NCBI GenBank assembly: GCA_000165425.1 | Contig: CT868659.1 | Coordinates: 1-64,000 of the forward strand | Length of the DNA: 64,000 nt | Direction: 5' to 3' | Origin: Paramecium tetraurelia | Lineage: Eukaryota | Shown here: positions 28,986-42,806 of the stretch, piece by piece | Layout of the letters: each line of letters starts with the position of its first letter | Numbering within the stretch: position 1 is the first letter of the stretch | Program-made: the position numbers and the translations under genes | Notes under the pieces: model-generated | Databases searched by the model: none | What the model saw: the letters and a program-made list of their open reading frames with translations, nothing else | What the model was told of the DNA's origin: nothing

Positions 28986-30171
28986 ATGAGCTAACAATTT
29001 TACTAGACATATGTGCCAAATCCATTCATTCCAACATTCAATCCCACCATCAATTCATCGAGAATTGATTATCCATCAACTAATTCTGCTAAATAAGCCG
29101 ATATTAAAGAATCATCAAACGATTAGATCTAACAAAATAATGTTATCACTTCATCATTTAGTTTAAATCCTTAAACAAATAAATCGATAGTACTGAAACG
29201 TAATTGAATCCCCTATTATTGTTAGCAATTTTGACCAATCAAGATGAATATCAAAGAAAGATCAATGATTTGGAAAGGAGTCATAAAAAAGAACTTAAAG
29301 AACTTGAGTTTAAAATGCAATCATAAATAGATTCCCTCTTATAAAAAAGATAGCAAGAAGATTAATTTAAATAATTAACTGATGTTCGACAATAGATAGC
29401 TGAACTTTAATCAACATTACAAGGGAATACATATGGTCATCCCTACTCTTAATAATCATAACAATAACACTTATTTTACAGTCAAAATGAGGTGGAGAGA
29501 TTGGAAAAGCAATTAAAAAAAAAGAAAAATAAAATCAAGCTCTTCAAAACTGAAATTGACAGTCTCAAATCAGAACTGTAATTTAGACAATAAAGAATAA
29601 CCGAACTTGAAATCAAATTGCATTACTCCGAAAATAAACCAATAATATAATAATCTCTATTGCCTAAAGTGATAAATGTACCCTAAAGCATCCCTTAACC
29701 AACAACAATAATCTAGGACTCTCCAGAACTCATTGATAGAATTAGAAGTCTAGAGTTTGAAAGAGATGTAAATTACAAATATCATTTTAGTCATTGCTTT
29801 AAGAATTGAGAAGGTTGTAGACAACATTCTAACCTACTTAAAAATAACAATATGCATTTCCATCTGTGGAGGAGTGGAACCGACTTATGCATGAGTACAA
29901 AGTCTTAGAAAGTGAGAACAATAAACTAAATACAATCATATTATAGAAGGATGACTTAATCAAATCTTTAGAATAAAGAATAAGTGTTGAGCTTACTAAA
30001 TAAAGTGCTTTACAAGCTCAAGGTCATCAACCAAGAGCCATTTAAGTTTTGTATGATCCTTAGACTCAATAACAATCATCTAAATCATAATAATTGTACC
30101 CAATTGCAGTTTAAAATACTGAGCAACAAACTAATATTGAGCCAACATTACAGAATCCTAGTGCCCAATGA
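28986..30171 (+). CDS. Hypothetical coiled-coil protein
   Basis: MSQQFYQTYVPNPFIP..., heptad-rich, short introns, TGA 30169-30171. Confidence 0.65.
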
Positions 30172-30239
30172 ATTTATATATTAAATTTAAGACTTATGTA
30201 TAAAAACAAGTGAATATTATAAAATAATTATAATTGTAT

Positions 30240-32055
30240 TCAAAAGACTTAACAACAACTATCTCTTTTCTTTGGCTATTCTTTCATTTATTCAGTGTTT
30301 GTAGTTTGATTAGTTGTAGAAGATTGAAATTGTGATTCTTGAGTTTGAAATTTAATTTAAGATCCTCTGCCACTTATAAATTATTGTAATTCTCTTGGTG
30401 TTTCACTGATAGATTTCAAGGCCGATATCAGTTATACTTCGTTTAAATAATTGTCCCCATTTTCATCAGGTTCTGCCTCTGAACCATCTAAAGAGCAGGG
30501 CAATGATTATTTTCTTAAATTGCCTCCTGATTGTCTTTAGCCGATTCTTTTGGAGTTGGGACTTGAATTTTGTTTAGGTTTTAAATTTTCATTATCAAGA
30601 TACTATTAGAATCTATAACTAAATTATTCTTTAATATCTGATTTACTGCTTGATTGCTAGAGTGATCTCCTTAATGATTTTCTATATTCTCCAGTTAACT
30701 CATCGATATTCATGGCTTGATCGATTTGGAGTTAGAAGTTTTATTCTTTAAATATCTGTTTATCATATTTGATGCCCTAAAACATATAAATGAGTAGAAA
30801 ATACATTCATCAATAAAATCTTTTCCATCATTGATAGTTCCTATTTAAGCATGGTCATTTATTTTTCAATCTACTCATAACTGAGTTTGATGTTGATTTT
30901 GACTTTATTGAGAATGAGTTTTGCTCTCTACGCAAATTTCAAGGTTTGGATGGTTTTTTCTTCATGTTCTGATGCTGCACTTACTGCACAGATGAAGGAA
31001 GTATTGGAATTACCACCTAAGCATTCTTTAAGAAGCAAGGTGAGTTTAGAATCTCTATAAGGAACATGTTTATTGCTTTTTCTGCTGGATAAAGCCATAA
31101 TGCAATGTCCCAAACAGTGTAAGGATTAGTTGATCTTTTTGGTTTCCTCGAGCATTTATCCTTTGGCAACAGTTTTGGCGAGTCTTTCACTTCCAGCCAA
31201 ATCTATAAATTGAATTTTGGATGTTCTCTATGATTTGTCCTTCCATTCAACAAACAATCTAAGTCAATGGAATGGGTTACTCAATTGAGAAAATCACATG
31301 AGATCTACTGGACCTGGAATTGAATTGGGTTGCTCCAATTGCTCTGTTGTAACTACCAAAGGCAATTAATTCCATGAGATCGTTCACAGATTCAACTTGA
31401 ACTTCTCTCACTCCCATCAACTTGGGACCATCAGCTATAGAACTAATCTAAGAAATGTAAAAATGAAATACTTTGAGATCTAATTTTTGGTTGTTAGTTT
31501 TATATTGTTAATTTAACAGATCATAAATTTGCTCATTATAGATCTCGACATAGTTGGCTTTGAGAGTCACTTATTGCAATGATTCTTATTGTTTGATTTT
31601 TTGATATCCCTACATTCGTAATTGATTGTACCTCAACTATTTGATAAAACGATCTAGGAAGTATGCCAGAACTCTAGTCAATATTGAACTTATTATTGAG
31701 AATCTGCTCTATGGTACTCTCTGGCCCTAAGATTGTATAGGTTTTGCCCGAGGAAGTTGCACCGTAAGCAAACACCGCACTATTATACCCCTATAAGCTA
31801 GAGATATGAAATATGGATTGTTACAAAAAACTGATTTTGGGCAACATAATGGTTTAGAATATCTCATCTTAGAGTGTCATAGGAGGCATGATAACATCAA
31901 ATTCAAAGATTTCATCTTGTTTTGTATTTTTATATGTGATTGCCTCTTCTTCAATTATCCAATTAGGAGACTTGAGATTAAGGAAAATTTACAGACTCTT
32001 CTTCTGTACTCAAAATGGATTTAAAGCGAATGATAACTTTAATTTGATTGTCCAT
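30240..32055 (-). CDS. Kinesin motor protein
   Basis: IKVIIRFK, AYGATSSGKTYT, NSRSSRSH, DLAGSER, HVPYRDSKLT; ends KKRDSCCQVF*. Confidence 0.93.
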
Positions 32056-32092
32056 TTTTATATATCTATAATAATTATAATAATAATAAAAA

Positions 32093-32977
32093 TCAATTGA
32101 TCAGTTATTAAAACTTAGTTCGTATTAGACTCCGCGGCCTTCCCAACGCTTTACAACTATTCTTATTATTGGGAGTATTGTTTTCATTTTCGTCAAGTAA
32201 CTAAATTTTCTTAATCTGGTAAATGGATCTGGCTGGCAAACGTTTCTCAATCACAAATTCTGTTTGTACTCGCAATCCAGTTACCTTTGCGTTGTTCTTG
32301 TAAAATGTGTTATTGCGAGATCGAGCAGGTTTTGGTGTAAGACAATATGATTTCCTCTTATTTTGATGGTAATATTAGTTTATGCTTTTTTGAATAGTTT
32401 GATTTCTATCTGAGATATCCTTAGTCATTTGCTGCATCCTCCTTCGAAGTAGATCTGACATGTAAATGAATCTGGGCTCTTCGAATCGGTTCCTGTTATA
32501 TAAGGAGGACAATAATAAATATTTATTTGTCTCATCTTGTTCTAAGTCTAGACAATTGTAATGCGATTACTAGATCTAAGGTTCTCGTAGGAAGTAAGTC
32601 TACTGTATGCGGTGAGTTTCTATGATGTTATTATAGGTTTTGAGAGTCGTATTGCCAAGCTTCTTGATTTCCTTCAAATAAACTCGTATGCAATAATCAT
32701 AGATTTACTCAATTGACAAATCCAATGATAACAGTTCTTCAAGTCTTATAAATCATTAAGAATACCTTGTATATCTTCTGAGATACAAATTTCGGATGTG
32801 TTCATAGTTTTTAATTTGAATGAGTTGGATCAATGAATTGATCTGATTTTCAGAAAACAGGGATTTATTCAACCTCAAGTATTTCTGGATTTCAAATTGT
32901 TGGATCTCAGTCAATGGCTCTGGTTAGGTTAATAAAACTATCATGTCAAGTCTAGCGATCAGAATATGCATTCCCAT
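32093..32977 (-). CDS. Hypothetical protein (one 21-nt intron)
   Basis: MGMHILIARLDM... open through intron GTATTCTTAATGATTTATAAG to TGA 32095-32093. Confidence 0.65.
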
Positions 32978-33020
32978 TGAATATCGAATAGTATTAACAG
33001 ATAAAGAATAAATTAAATTA

Positions 33021-34478
33021 ATGATAAACCTATTCCCTAAAATACAGGACAATCAATATAATCGTCAATCTTGGGGAGGCCTCCTGTTTCTCATAACCAT
33101 CATTTTTATTGTCATTATGATTTGGACTGAAATTACAAACGCCTTCAAGGGGAAAATTTCATTACTAGTAGATTCAACTATTGATTCTAGGATTAGAGTT
33201 AATTTGGATGCAACTATCCAAGCTCCCTGCCAAGCATTATTTTAACATATAAGATATGATGGGTTCCTATTTATAAGATGTATAACACTCTGTTATAAAA
33301 ACACCACTTATCAAAGCTACTTTTGAGGAGGCGATATTTAAGCCAAACGTAAATTTCACATCTTGCTACGGTGCTGAGTTGATTGTAGATCAAAGGTGTT
33401 ATAGTTGCTAAGATGTTATGATGGCATTTGCTTAAAGAAGATGGACATAGCCTAATTTCGAAAGCATAGTTTAATGTGTTGGTCAGCCTATTGTTTAATT
33501 TGATGACTCAGAATTACTGTAGTTCTTAAAAACTGATCTTAATCACTAAAAATAACTTTATCTGACTAAAAATGAATTGATTAATATTACTCCTACTCAA
33601 TTATTTAAATAATCTTTTGAATTAGATGATAATGACACCACCAATTAAATTTTGACTTAAGAATAGAGAGGCAAGTTCAAGAAAGCTTTAGATCTACTCT
33701 CTGAATTTAGTTATAATCCAATGCAATGGGATGAACAGAGATTGTAAGAAGAAAAGAATAAATAATTCGATTAGTTGATTAACATGCTTAATATATCTAT
33801 GGATCACATTATAGGAGGTACTAAAAAGTCAAAATAATTCAAATTTTTCAATATATCTATAGTTATTAACCTAATTCAATTTTAGATAAATCATTTAATT
33901 AATTTAAAATCAGTATTTATGTTAATGTCAAAGAATTTAAGCACTAGAATACTAGATAACTATTTAGTGAACCATTCAAGGTTGAACAGCCATCTTAATA
34001 AAATATTGAAGTCTCAGATATTGAAGGACATATTAATGAAGCATGTAGATTTTTTGGTTATTTTTACATTAAGAAGGTTCCTGGAATCCTTGCTATACAA
34101 TCCAATAAATAAGCCATGGATTTTATTAATAGAACATTTCAAGGAAATCACAGCTTCAAGTTATCATTTGGAGAATAACCACAAACTCAAACAGAAACAA
34201 ATAGTCAATTTTCTTCAAAATACTATTTAAAATTAGTCACTACTAACAGTATTGATATTTGGAATAATCGAAATGTCTATTATACATTTACACAATAGAG
34301 GTCTCTTTACAATGCTACGACTGCTCCATTCATTGAATTCCAATATGAATTTGATCCTATTTCTATGACTGTTCAATCTACTACAATAATAAATTATCTA
34401 GTTTTAGTTTTTGCAGTTATAGGAGGTATTTTTGCTGTTAGTAAATATATCGCAGTTCTCTTGATGATTTTAATATGA
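33021..34478 (+). CDS. ERGIC3/Erv46-like ER-Golgi membrane protein; frameshifted as assembled
   Basis: N-terminal TM, RIRVNLDATIQAPC, SCYGAE..CYSCQDV, EACRFFGYFYIKKVPG, C-terminal TM AVIGGIFAV. Frame changes at ~33240 and ~33860. Confidence 0.8.
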
Positions 34479-34695
34479 TATTCTGCATTTTAATATTAAT
34501 TAATTAGCAAATAGTTTTAACTCTTTGGAACTCTTTAATCCAATAAATCCTCATAAAATTTAGAGCTTAAGACCTTAAATTCTGATGACACATATTGATT
34601 ATTATTTTGATGCTTATAAATAGTCTAAATGATTCATTTAGTGGAATTCTAACAAGAATAAATAAAATTGATTATATTGATTAATTAAATAATTT

Positions 34696-35516
34696 ATGGA
34701 ACCTATTGTTAATGAGTTTTCATAAGTAAATGATGATTCAGTCGAAAAAGAGAAGGCCTAAATTAAAAATATCATAGTATTTGAAACAGCAGGAACATTA
34801 TTATTGATCTATGGAGCATTAGCTACAGAGTAAAGTGATCTTATAATTATAGAACAAATTTCGGAGTAGCTCTTGTTTATTTCATTGGATTAGTGGTATG
34901 TGCAAGGTTAAGCGGAGGATACTTCAATCCTATTTGCACTTTAATAGGATATATAGATGGATCGATTTCTAAGAAAAAAGCCATTTATTATGTTGGAGCT
35001 TAAACAGTTGCAGGTTTAATAGCAGGGATGTTATTGATGCCAATGTTTGCATCCAAATAAACATTGCCATATTTCGAAAGGTATTTGTGATTACAATTAA
35101 TATAGATTACCATCACATTAAGTCTTTGGAACAATGATGTCTGAAATAGCTGGCTCCATCATCTTTTTCACATTCATACAAATTTAGACTGCAGAAAACA
35201 CTAAAATAACGACTACTCCTGTGCAATCCGCCATCTTTGTGAGTGTCATTTATTTCGTAGCTCGATAGTAAATATTTAATATAATGTAGATACACTGCAA
35301 CGATGGGGAATAGTTTATTCAACCCTTCAGCTGCTTTTGGGTACAATAATCATATATGTTAGATTACAATTATTTTATGGAATTTATTATGGAAAATGGG
35401 ATTAAATGATTAATTTATTGATGTACATTCTTGGTCCTTGGATTGGAGCATTGTTAGCAATCACCTTCTTTTGGAAAATCTATACTCCAACTCTTGTTAG
35501 TAAATAGTCAAATTGA
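34696..35516 (+). CDS. Aquaporin / MIP family channel (several short introns)
   Basis: FETAGT, SGGYFNPICTL, YYVGAQ, EIAGS, LFNPSAAFG, YILGPWIGA. Confidence 0.9.
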
Positions 35517-35559
35517 ATTTCATATTAATACAATATTAATTTTATACGGTTATTAACGA

Positions 35560-36323
35560 ATGCACTTCTCTGAGTAAAACTCTATTGAAAATGATAATCG
35601 AATAAAATAACTATAGAAAAAGAGAGAAGCCATCTAAAAGTAGACTGAAATGAGGAGAAAGGAGATTGAACAACATTCTGATTTGGATTACGAGTATTGA
35701 TTACATGTCATTGTGCTAGAAAAATCTAGAAAGAAAACGAGATACTGATTTAAGATAAATATAATGTGGAGTAGAGAGCTGCCAAATTGCAAGAAGTGTA
35801 TAATGGTCTCAAACTGAGCGTAATGAAATAGTAATTATAATTCAAATTTTATAGAGTTGGAAAAATACAAGTTTCTGCTGATACCTTATGCAAACATAAA
35901 TAAAACATCTATGAACATATGGTGAGACATAAATCAAAGGAGGCCGACCTATTTTTATTTGCTACAAACACAAAACCTAAGGATTACTTTTAAGTTTTAG
36001 AAGACAATTTGAATTAAGGTCCATTGGTATAAGAGAAAGAGAAGGAAATGGAAGCCTTGAAATTACAAAATCAAATCCTGAAGAATGAATTGGAAATCCA
36101 TAAAAACCAATAGTAATACATTCGAGAATTCTCTAACAACCCTCACATTGACTAAGATATCATTAAAAACATGGTTAATGAAAATCAGTTTAATAGAATC
36201 AATACAAGCAAAAATGAGAGAAGCAATAGTTAATTGAGCATGGAAACTAAATAAATTATGGACTTTTATAATGAAAAATAATAGTCCTCTTCTATGTATA
36301 AGGAATAATTGTAATTTGGTTGA
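35560..36323 (+). CDS. Hypothetical coiled-coil protein
   Basis: MHFSEQNSIEND..., short introns, TGA 36321-36323. Confidence 0.6.
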
Positions 36324-36338
36324 TATTTATAAACTAAT

Positions 36339-37998
36339 TCATTTAAAATATTATTCTAATTCATTACTTAAACATTTTAATTATGAATAAAACTCTCTAC
36401 AACATTTACATTATAATATATCTTTAATTTCATTAATATTAAACTTTATTAATTAATTCTATTTAGTAGTTATTACTTTTTCTTATACTTCTACATCCAT
36501 CTGTTGTTATTAATTTTGGTTATCATCACATTCCTATATTTTTTTTTATTTTCTAGGTCTAATTACGATCTCCTCTTTCTCAAAGTTATCCTTTTAATCT
36601 TTCTCCTTTTGTTCATCCTCATAATATTGAAATTTGTTTTCATCATAAAACTTGTAATTGGTTTATTTCCAGTCAGAAACCCCATTTAAAAATTCAGCAT
36701 AAAACTCCTTCTTTTCAACCATATTACAATGCTTCTCATCTAATTTGGTATTCAATCTCGGAATCTCTTCTTCAATAAACTCGTACACATCCTTAAAATT
36801 TGTTTGTTCAAGTAATAATGACATACCAAAAGTTCCAAAACGACCTGTTCTTCCTATCCTATGTAAATAGGTTTCATAAGAAGAGGGAGTATCAAAATGA
36901 ATAACCAGATCCAGAGTATCGACGTCAATTCCTCGGGAGAGCTGCAAATATAAATTAAATAAATACCAAATCTGTGGAAATAATCAAATTTGCCTTGTTT
37001 CTTTTGAGTTAATGCATCATTTTTATTCTATCAGATTAAGTTAAATCTCCGTGAATAAGCACTGGATTAAAACCTTCAGCCTTAAGATCCATAAATAGAT
37101 TTTCTCCTCTAACTTTGTCATTATAAAAGATTATAGTTTACTTGATTGATAACTATTTCATTATTTTAGCAATTGCTTCAGTTTTTGTTTGGTATTTAGA
37201 TTTATTTTCATCATCATAATTTAACTTAATGTAAAATTACGTCAGATTCTCTAGGCATATTTCCTCATTTGATTTAATTAGTTTAGGATTGCTCAGACAT
37301 AACTATATCAAACCAATTATTTTGGTAGGATATGTTGCAGAGAAACATAATATTTAAGGTTTATTTTAATCCTAATTCCTACCTACAATATTTGCCAATA
37401 TCTTCTTAAAATGAGGCTAAAAAGTATAATTCTCATGTAATTTATCTGCTTCATCCAATACCAACAATTTTATATTGCACAAATTCATTAACTTTTCCTG
37501 AATCATTTACATAATTCTTCCTACTGTGCCTATTATTATAGTGCATCTTCTTGTTTTAAGAACATCTCTATCTTGTTCGACAGGCAATCCTCCAATAAAC
37601 AGATGAGATTGAAAATAGTCCTTCTCTACTCCTTCCAATTTATTTACAAGTTTTGTTAATATGTCAGTGATTTATATGGCTAATTCTCTCGTAGGTACAA
37701 TAATTAATGCAAATGGCAAAGGATTCTCAAAATTTTAAATGGTATTATCAACAACCAAAGTTTATTGAATTCTAGCCTTCCTTTCATAAGCATCTTATTA
37801 TATTTCCAATCCATATTATAGTACCTACACTAAAAAGCACAATGTCTTTCCAGTGCCAGCTTCTCCTTAACAAATGACATCCTCTTTTTACAATATAGAT
37901 GGAATGGACTTTTGTTAAATTAAAGAAGGTTTCTTGAAATTCATTTTTTCGAATGCTTCTACTATGCATTTGTTAATACCAAAATTATTAAAATTCAT
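36339..37998 (-). CDS. DEAD-box RNA helicase (DDX20/Gemin3-like)
   Basis: Q-motif, [35 protein letters not shown]. Confidence 0.9.
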
Positions 37999-38919
37999 TT
38001 AAAATATTAATCAATCTATTCATCCTATTTAGGAATCAGTATATTTCATTTATGTGAAACTATTTGAATATTCTTAATCTGAATGAAAGTTAGTTATATA
38101 AGAAAGAAAAATAAATACTATATAAAATTAAGTGATATTTAAACATTTATTTTTTAACTTTTTTTTTGTTCCATAATTTCTCATAATTTTATCATAACTA
38201 ATTGAAATTATCATCTAAACATGCTTAAGTTGAACTAGAAATGATGTAAATTAGAAAAACTTAAATAGTCTTTATAATTCAATTCTGATAAAATTATAAA
38301 AATATGCATTATATATAAAATGTTTTAAAATATATATATATTTTTTAATAAAAGGGTTTAATTGAGTAAATCGAGAGAAAATGGAAATATTAATTAAAAT
38401 TTGATAAGTCATTTTTAAAGTCCCATTTAATATCCTACTGTCAAATATTTATAATAAGAATTTGAAATTTTACTAAAAATAATTTGTTGAATCATTTTTT
38501 TTAACTCAAGCACATATGAGTATCTGATAAAATGCGAAATCTAAAAAAGACCCATAGGCTTTAATAATTGATATTAATAAGTTAATAATATGGGATTTCA
38601 AAGCATGCAGATCATCCTAATAACTTAGATTAATTCTGTGTAGATTCATCATTATTAGTACGGTATATGAATGCTATGATAATTAATTTCAATTATTTTG
38701 AGTATTTTTATTTTTTAGTTATATATATATCTGATGAAAGTTTTCTAACTGGAATGAGAATAAGAATTATGGTTTTTCATTTAAGTTTTTGAAATTATGA
38801 TGTGCTTTACATTTATAATTAAAATTAGCATAACATAAAAAAGAAATAAAAATAAATAGTTTGATATCTCCCCAATTTCATAAGTGTTATTATTAGAGTA
38901 ATACTAATGATAAATAATG

Positions 38920-39454
38920 TCAAAAATTTTGATTGAATGAACTATAGCAGAGTCCGATTGGTTTTGGGGAGGATGGTATTACAAAAGAAGGGCTTTGTAC
39001 AGTTGATGTTTCACTTGGACAGGTTGTTATTCTTTTTCCAGCATCTTCATATATAATCTTAGTTGTTGTCTTTTATTGTAATATTCTTTGTTTCATTTCG
39101 AAGCAAGCTTCGTGCTTTAGCAGGTATTATTTAGTTAGATGTTAACTTTAATTTAACTCATTTTTCAATTGCTCTTTATTTTTCTCGATTTGGCTGGATA
39201 AAGTTTGGGTTTAAGCTAAAATATTACAATATTTTACCTAGTTTTTCACTTAAAATCAGGATTTACTTTTAATATTCATTTTAAAGAATTTAGTTTTATT
39301 GTCTAACTTCATTGATTTGCCTAATGAGTTACTCTTTTTCATCTTTAAAAGCAGGAGTCCTAGGTTCCGAATCACATGGGCAACCTATATTGTGAAGATT
39401 TTGTTCTTCATTCTCTTAGAACAAACTCAGTATTTACATTATAGAATAACTCAT
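38920..39454 (-). CDS. Hypothetical short coiled-coil protein
   Basis: MSYSIMQILSLFQENEEQ... with a 22-nt intron; TGA 38922-38920. Confidence 0.55.
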
Positions 39455-39968
39455 TACTATTATTTATTTAATTTCATGTCATAAAAATTAATGTGTGTTA
39501 AAAGTTAAAAGATATAACCTACTTGTAGAACAAAAAAACTCGAAGGAGCACAAGGAATAATTATTTGAATGAAGAAATAATTATCACCATTTAATTTTAT
39601 AAAAACAGTTCTGGCTCCTGGCATAAAACTTTAATAACAGAGTTATCAAACTTTTGTTATTTTGATAATAATAAAATTTATTATATAATACAATATTACA
39701 ATAATATTATGTCAAAAAAGTTACAAAAATAGATTACTCCCTAATGTTAATTGGAAGTCTTAGGTAAATTGCATAGACAAAACAAATGGTCTGGATTCTG
39801 AATTTCGCAATCAAGTTTATTCAAAATTTGAAAAGCATTTTATTTCAATGCAAATACACTTATACTAATATATGTATGTGATATCAAATGTGGATTCATT
39901 ACTATTATTATTAAGTTTTAGAAATAATTATTAATAAATTCATATAGATATTATTATTATAAATTTAT

Positions 39969-42709
39969 ATGATTAACTCATAATTATTTGATTCAAGGAG
40001 AGAAATTGAATAATTTAAATTATAGTTAGGGAAATTGGAAGGAATAGTTAACATATCCCAGCCAAATTCAAAATAAAATATCATCTTATTGAAATAGTTA
40101 TAGAATAAAGTGAGTAATTTGGAATAGAATTTAGAATAGAAAGTTAATGCAATGTGTTCTAATGTAAAATTGTATTTGATTAAGATTATAATTCCAGACA
40201 TCTAACCCTAAAAATTGCCAGAGTTAAATGAAATGCAAAGAAAGAGGGCAGTTTCAACAGATGTGGCGAACCATAGCGTGAACATTGAAAAGAATATATT
40301 TTTGCAAGGAAACAAAGCCAGTCGATATTCAAAAATGAACAATTTTAGATAGCAATCAATTCTGAATGAATATAACGATGAATCGTTAAAATAGAAGATA
40401 GATCTGAGTTTTGAATAATCTTAACAACATCATTAAACTTCTTTTCAAATCATTCATAAGCCGTAAAAATAGAGAACTCAAGTATTACTGTTCGATTGTC
40501 CTGCACCGAAACCGATGAAGAAAGTGGAAAAAAAACAGTTTTAATTTATGATTCAAAAAGGCAAAAGAATTTAGGCTGTTGAACTTTTGGCATTCAAATA
40601 GAAGAATTTACAAGAATGGAATCTAATAAATGCGATTATATAACGAATGGAATCAATCAATATCAAGTATCAATGTCCAACTTTTTTTGTTGATGGCAGA
40701 TCAATAATACATTTGATTCATTGCAGAAGAACCATCACATTGTCTGATATTGTTAAATGCATATAAAATAAAGACGAGATCATCCCATATTTATTTCCGA
40801 GATTGTTTATTGGACAAGATGGGTATGAATTATCATTAATAACAGCTTAGAACGAGCAGCTGAGAAAATATAGGCAGCATTTAAAGGCTACATTCAATTT
40901 AGGAGATTTTAATAGCTCAAGACATTATACAAAAGCACTATATACATCTAAAAGTATTTTCGGAGAAAGCAACAAAAGGAATTGACAAAGTAGAGGGTGT
41001 TACAGAGAACAAACTCCATTTATAAGGAATTCCTATAAAGATAAACAATGTTTTAGGTATACATCAAATTGATGATAGGATAATTGGAACCAATACAAGT
41101 TGTATCCTAGAGTGGAAATACATTTATCATCATTAAATTACTCGGAATATTAGAGGTTGACAATGGATAAATTTATTCAAAAGGAGAACTCTTAGATCAG
41201 TAGGATTTTTAGAGCAATAGATCCATAAGTAGAAATCATATATATCTGTGCATATGAATAAGACAAAGACATCTTAATGTACTATGAAAGAGTAAACATT
41301 TATTCTTATGATAGATTTTTGAAATGCATTAAGTGTCATTTAAAAAAGTTAGGTTTTTAACTCCTGAGAATGCTGATAAATTCAATACACACATGAGTCT
41401 ATTGTAGAAATTGATCTACTCTCCAAAATGCTTAAAATAAATAAGAAAAATAATAGAAAATAAATTAGCCATGGTAATTCCAGGATACCCTTCAAATGAG
41501 TTTATTCAACTATGCCATATGTTAAATGTGCCATTGTATAGTGGATTACCATAGCATCATTTATTGTATTCTAGTTAATCTGGAGCATAAGTGTTGTTTA
41601 GTAAATGCAAGATACCAACATCTCCAGGAGCATCAGAGATTTATGATGAAATAGAGCTTTATAATACTTTAACAGTTTTGATAGTGAAGAATAGGAACAC
41701 AAGAATTTGGATCTTTAAAATAGATTGTTCTTTTGGAGGGAGAGGCATAGCTACAATCAATATCAGTACAATTCCTGGATTGAATCAATTATTAAATTGC
41801 AACGAACAAGAATTAGATGAAAATACTATTTCTGCTATCAAGTATTTCATTAATCATGATCATTTAGGTAAATCATCAAGACTTAATTGCCTCTCAAATT
41901 AAAGATTGCTGTAAAGTCTTTGTATTAGTCTTATAAAGAGTATATTACAGCTTTTTTGACTTCTGGAGGGATAGTAGAAGCATTTCCAATTTAGGATAGA
42001 TTGAAAATATAAAAAACTTCAATCAGTTTTCATGTTAGTCCACAATATGAGTTTGAAGAGATATGCACATATGATAGCTTCTCAGCTCATCATTACGTTT
42101 AGACTCTGCATTGTAAATTTCAATATTATTTTAAATTAAGTGTATCCATCGATTACTTCAACTATGGACAAAAATAAATTTTATGAAGAGATGCTAGTGT
42201 TTTTGAAATAAAAGAAAATGTTCGGGTATTTCACTCTTCATTTGATTTTGTTTGATAATCAATTTTGGGCTATTGGTTTGGACAGTTACTTGAATGTTGC
42301 TACCAGTATCAATTACTATTTCAAATGTCTTAATAAAAAGTAAACTCGATTTTATCTATATTCTCCTTATGTCATTCATCCAGGACTTTAAAAAATATCA
42401 ATAAAGTAACTGTTTTCAACTTGCAGAATGGATTAGGTATAATATGAAACAGAATATTAAAGAGGCCAAACTTTCCTATTCACAGACATTCTGCAATCTT
42501 GTATGGTGTAGATGATTTCAGTGCATGAGAATATCCAAAGATGCATTTCGTAATTTGATGAGTAGTTAAAAGTGCTTTTTAAACTTGGAGGGTAGATGAA
42601 TGTTAATTATGGAGAATCGATCTATGAATCTAGAAATGATTCAATTAATATTTTGGATGTTCAGGGAGCTTTAAAAATGCTGAGGAGAAAATTATAAAAT
42701 TAACAATGA
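39969..42709 (+). CDS. IQCH: IQ motif-containing protein H-like
   Basis: RVEIHLSSL, SRIFRAIDPQVEIIYI, LIYSPKCL, WIFKIDCSFGGRGIA, GGIVEAFP. Confidence 0.8.
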
Positions 42710-42806
42710 AAATACATTACTCTTGAAATAAAAACAACAAATTAATTATTGTAATTTTAGCATTTAAGAAATCATTTATTATTTATATTTATTCTTTATA
42801 AAACCT

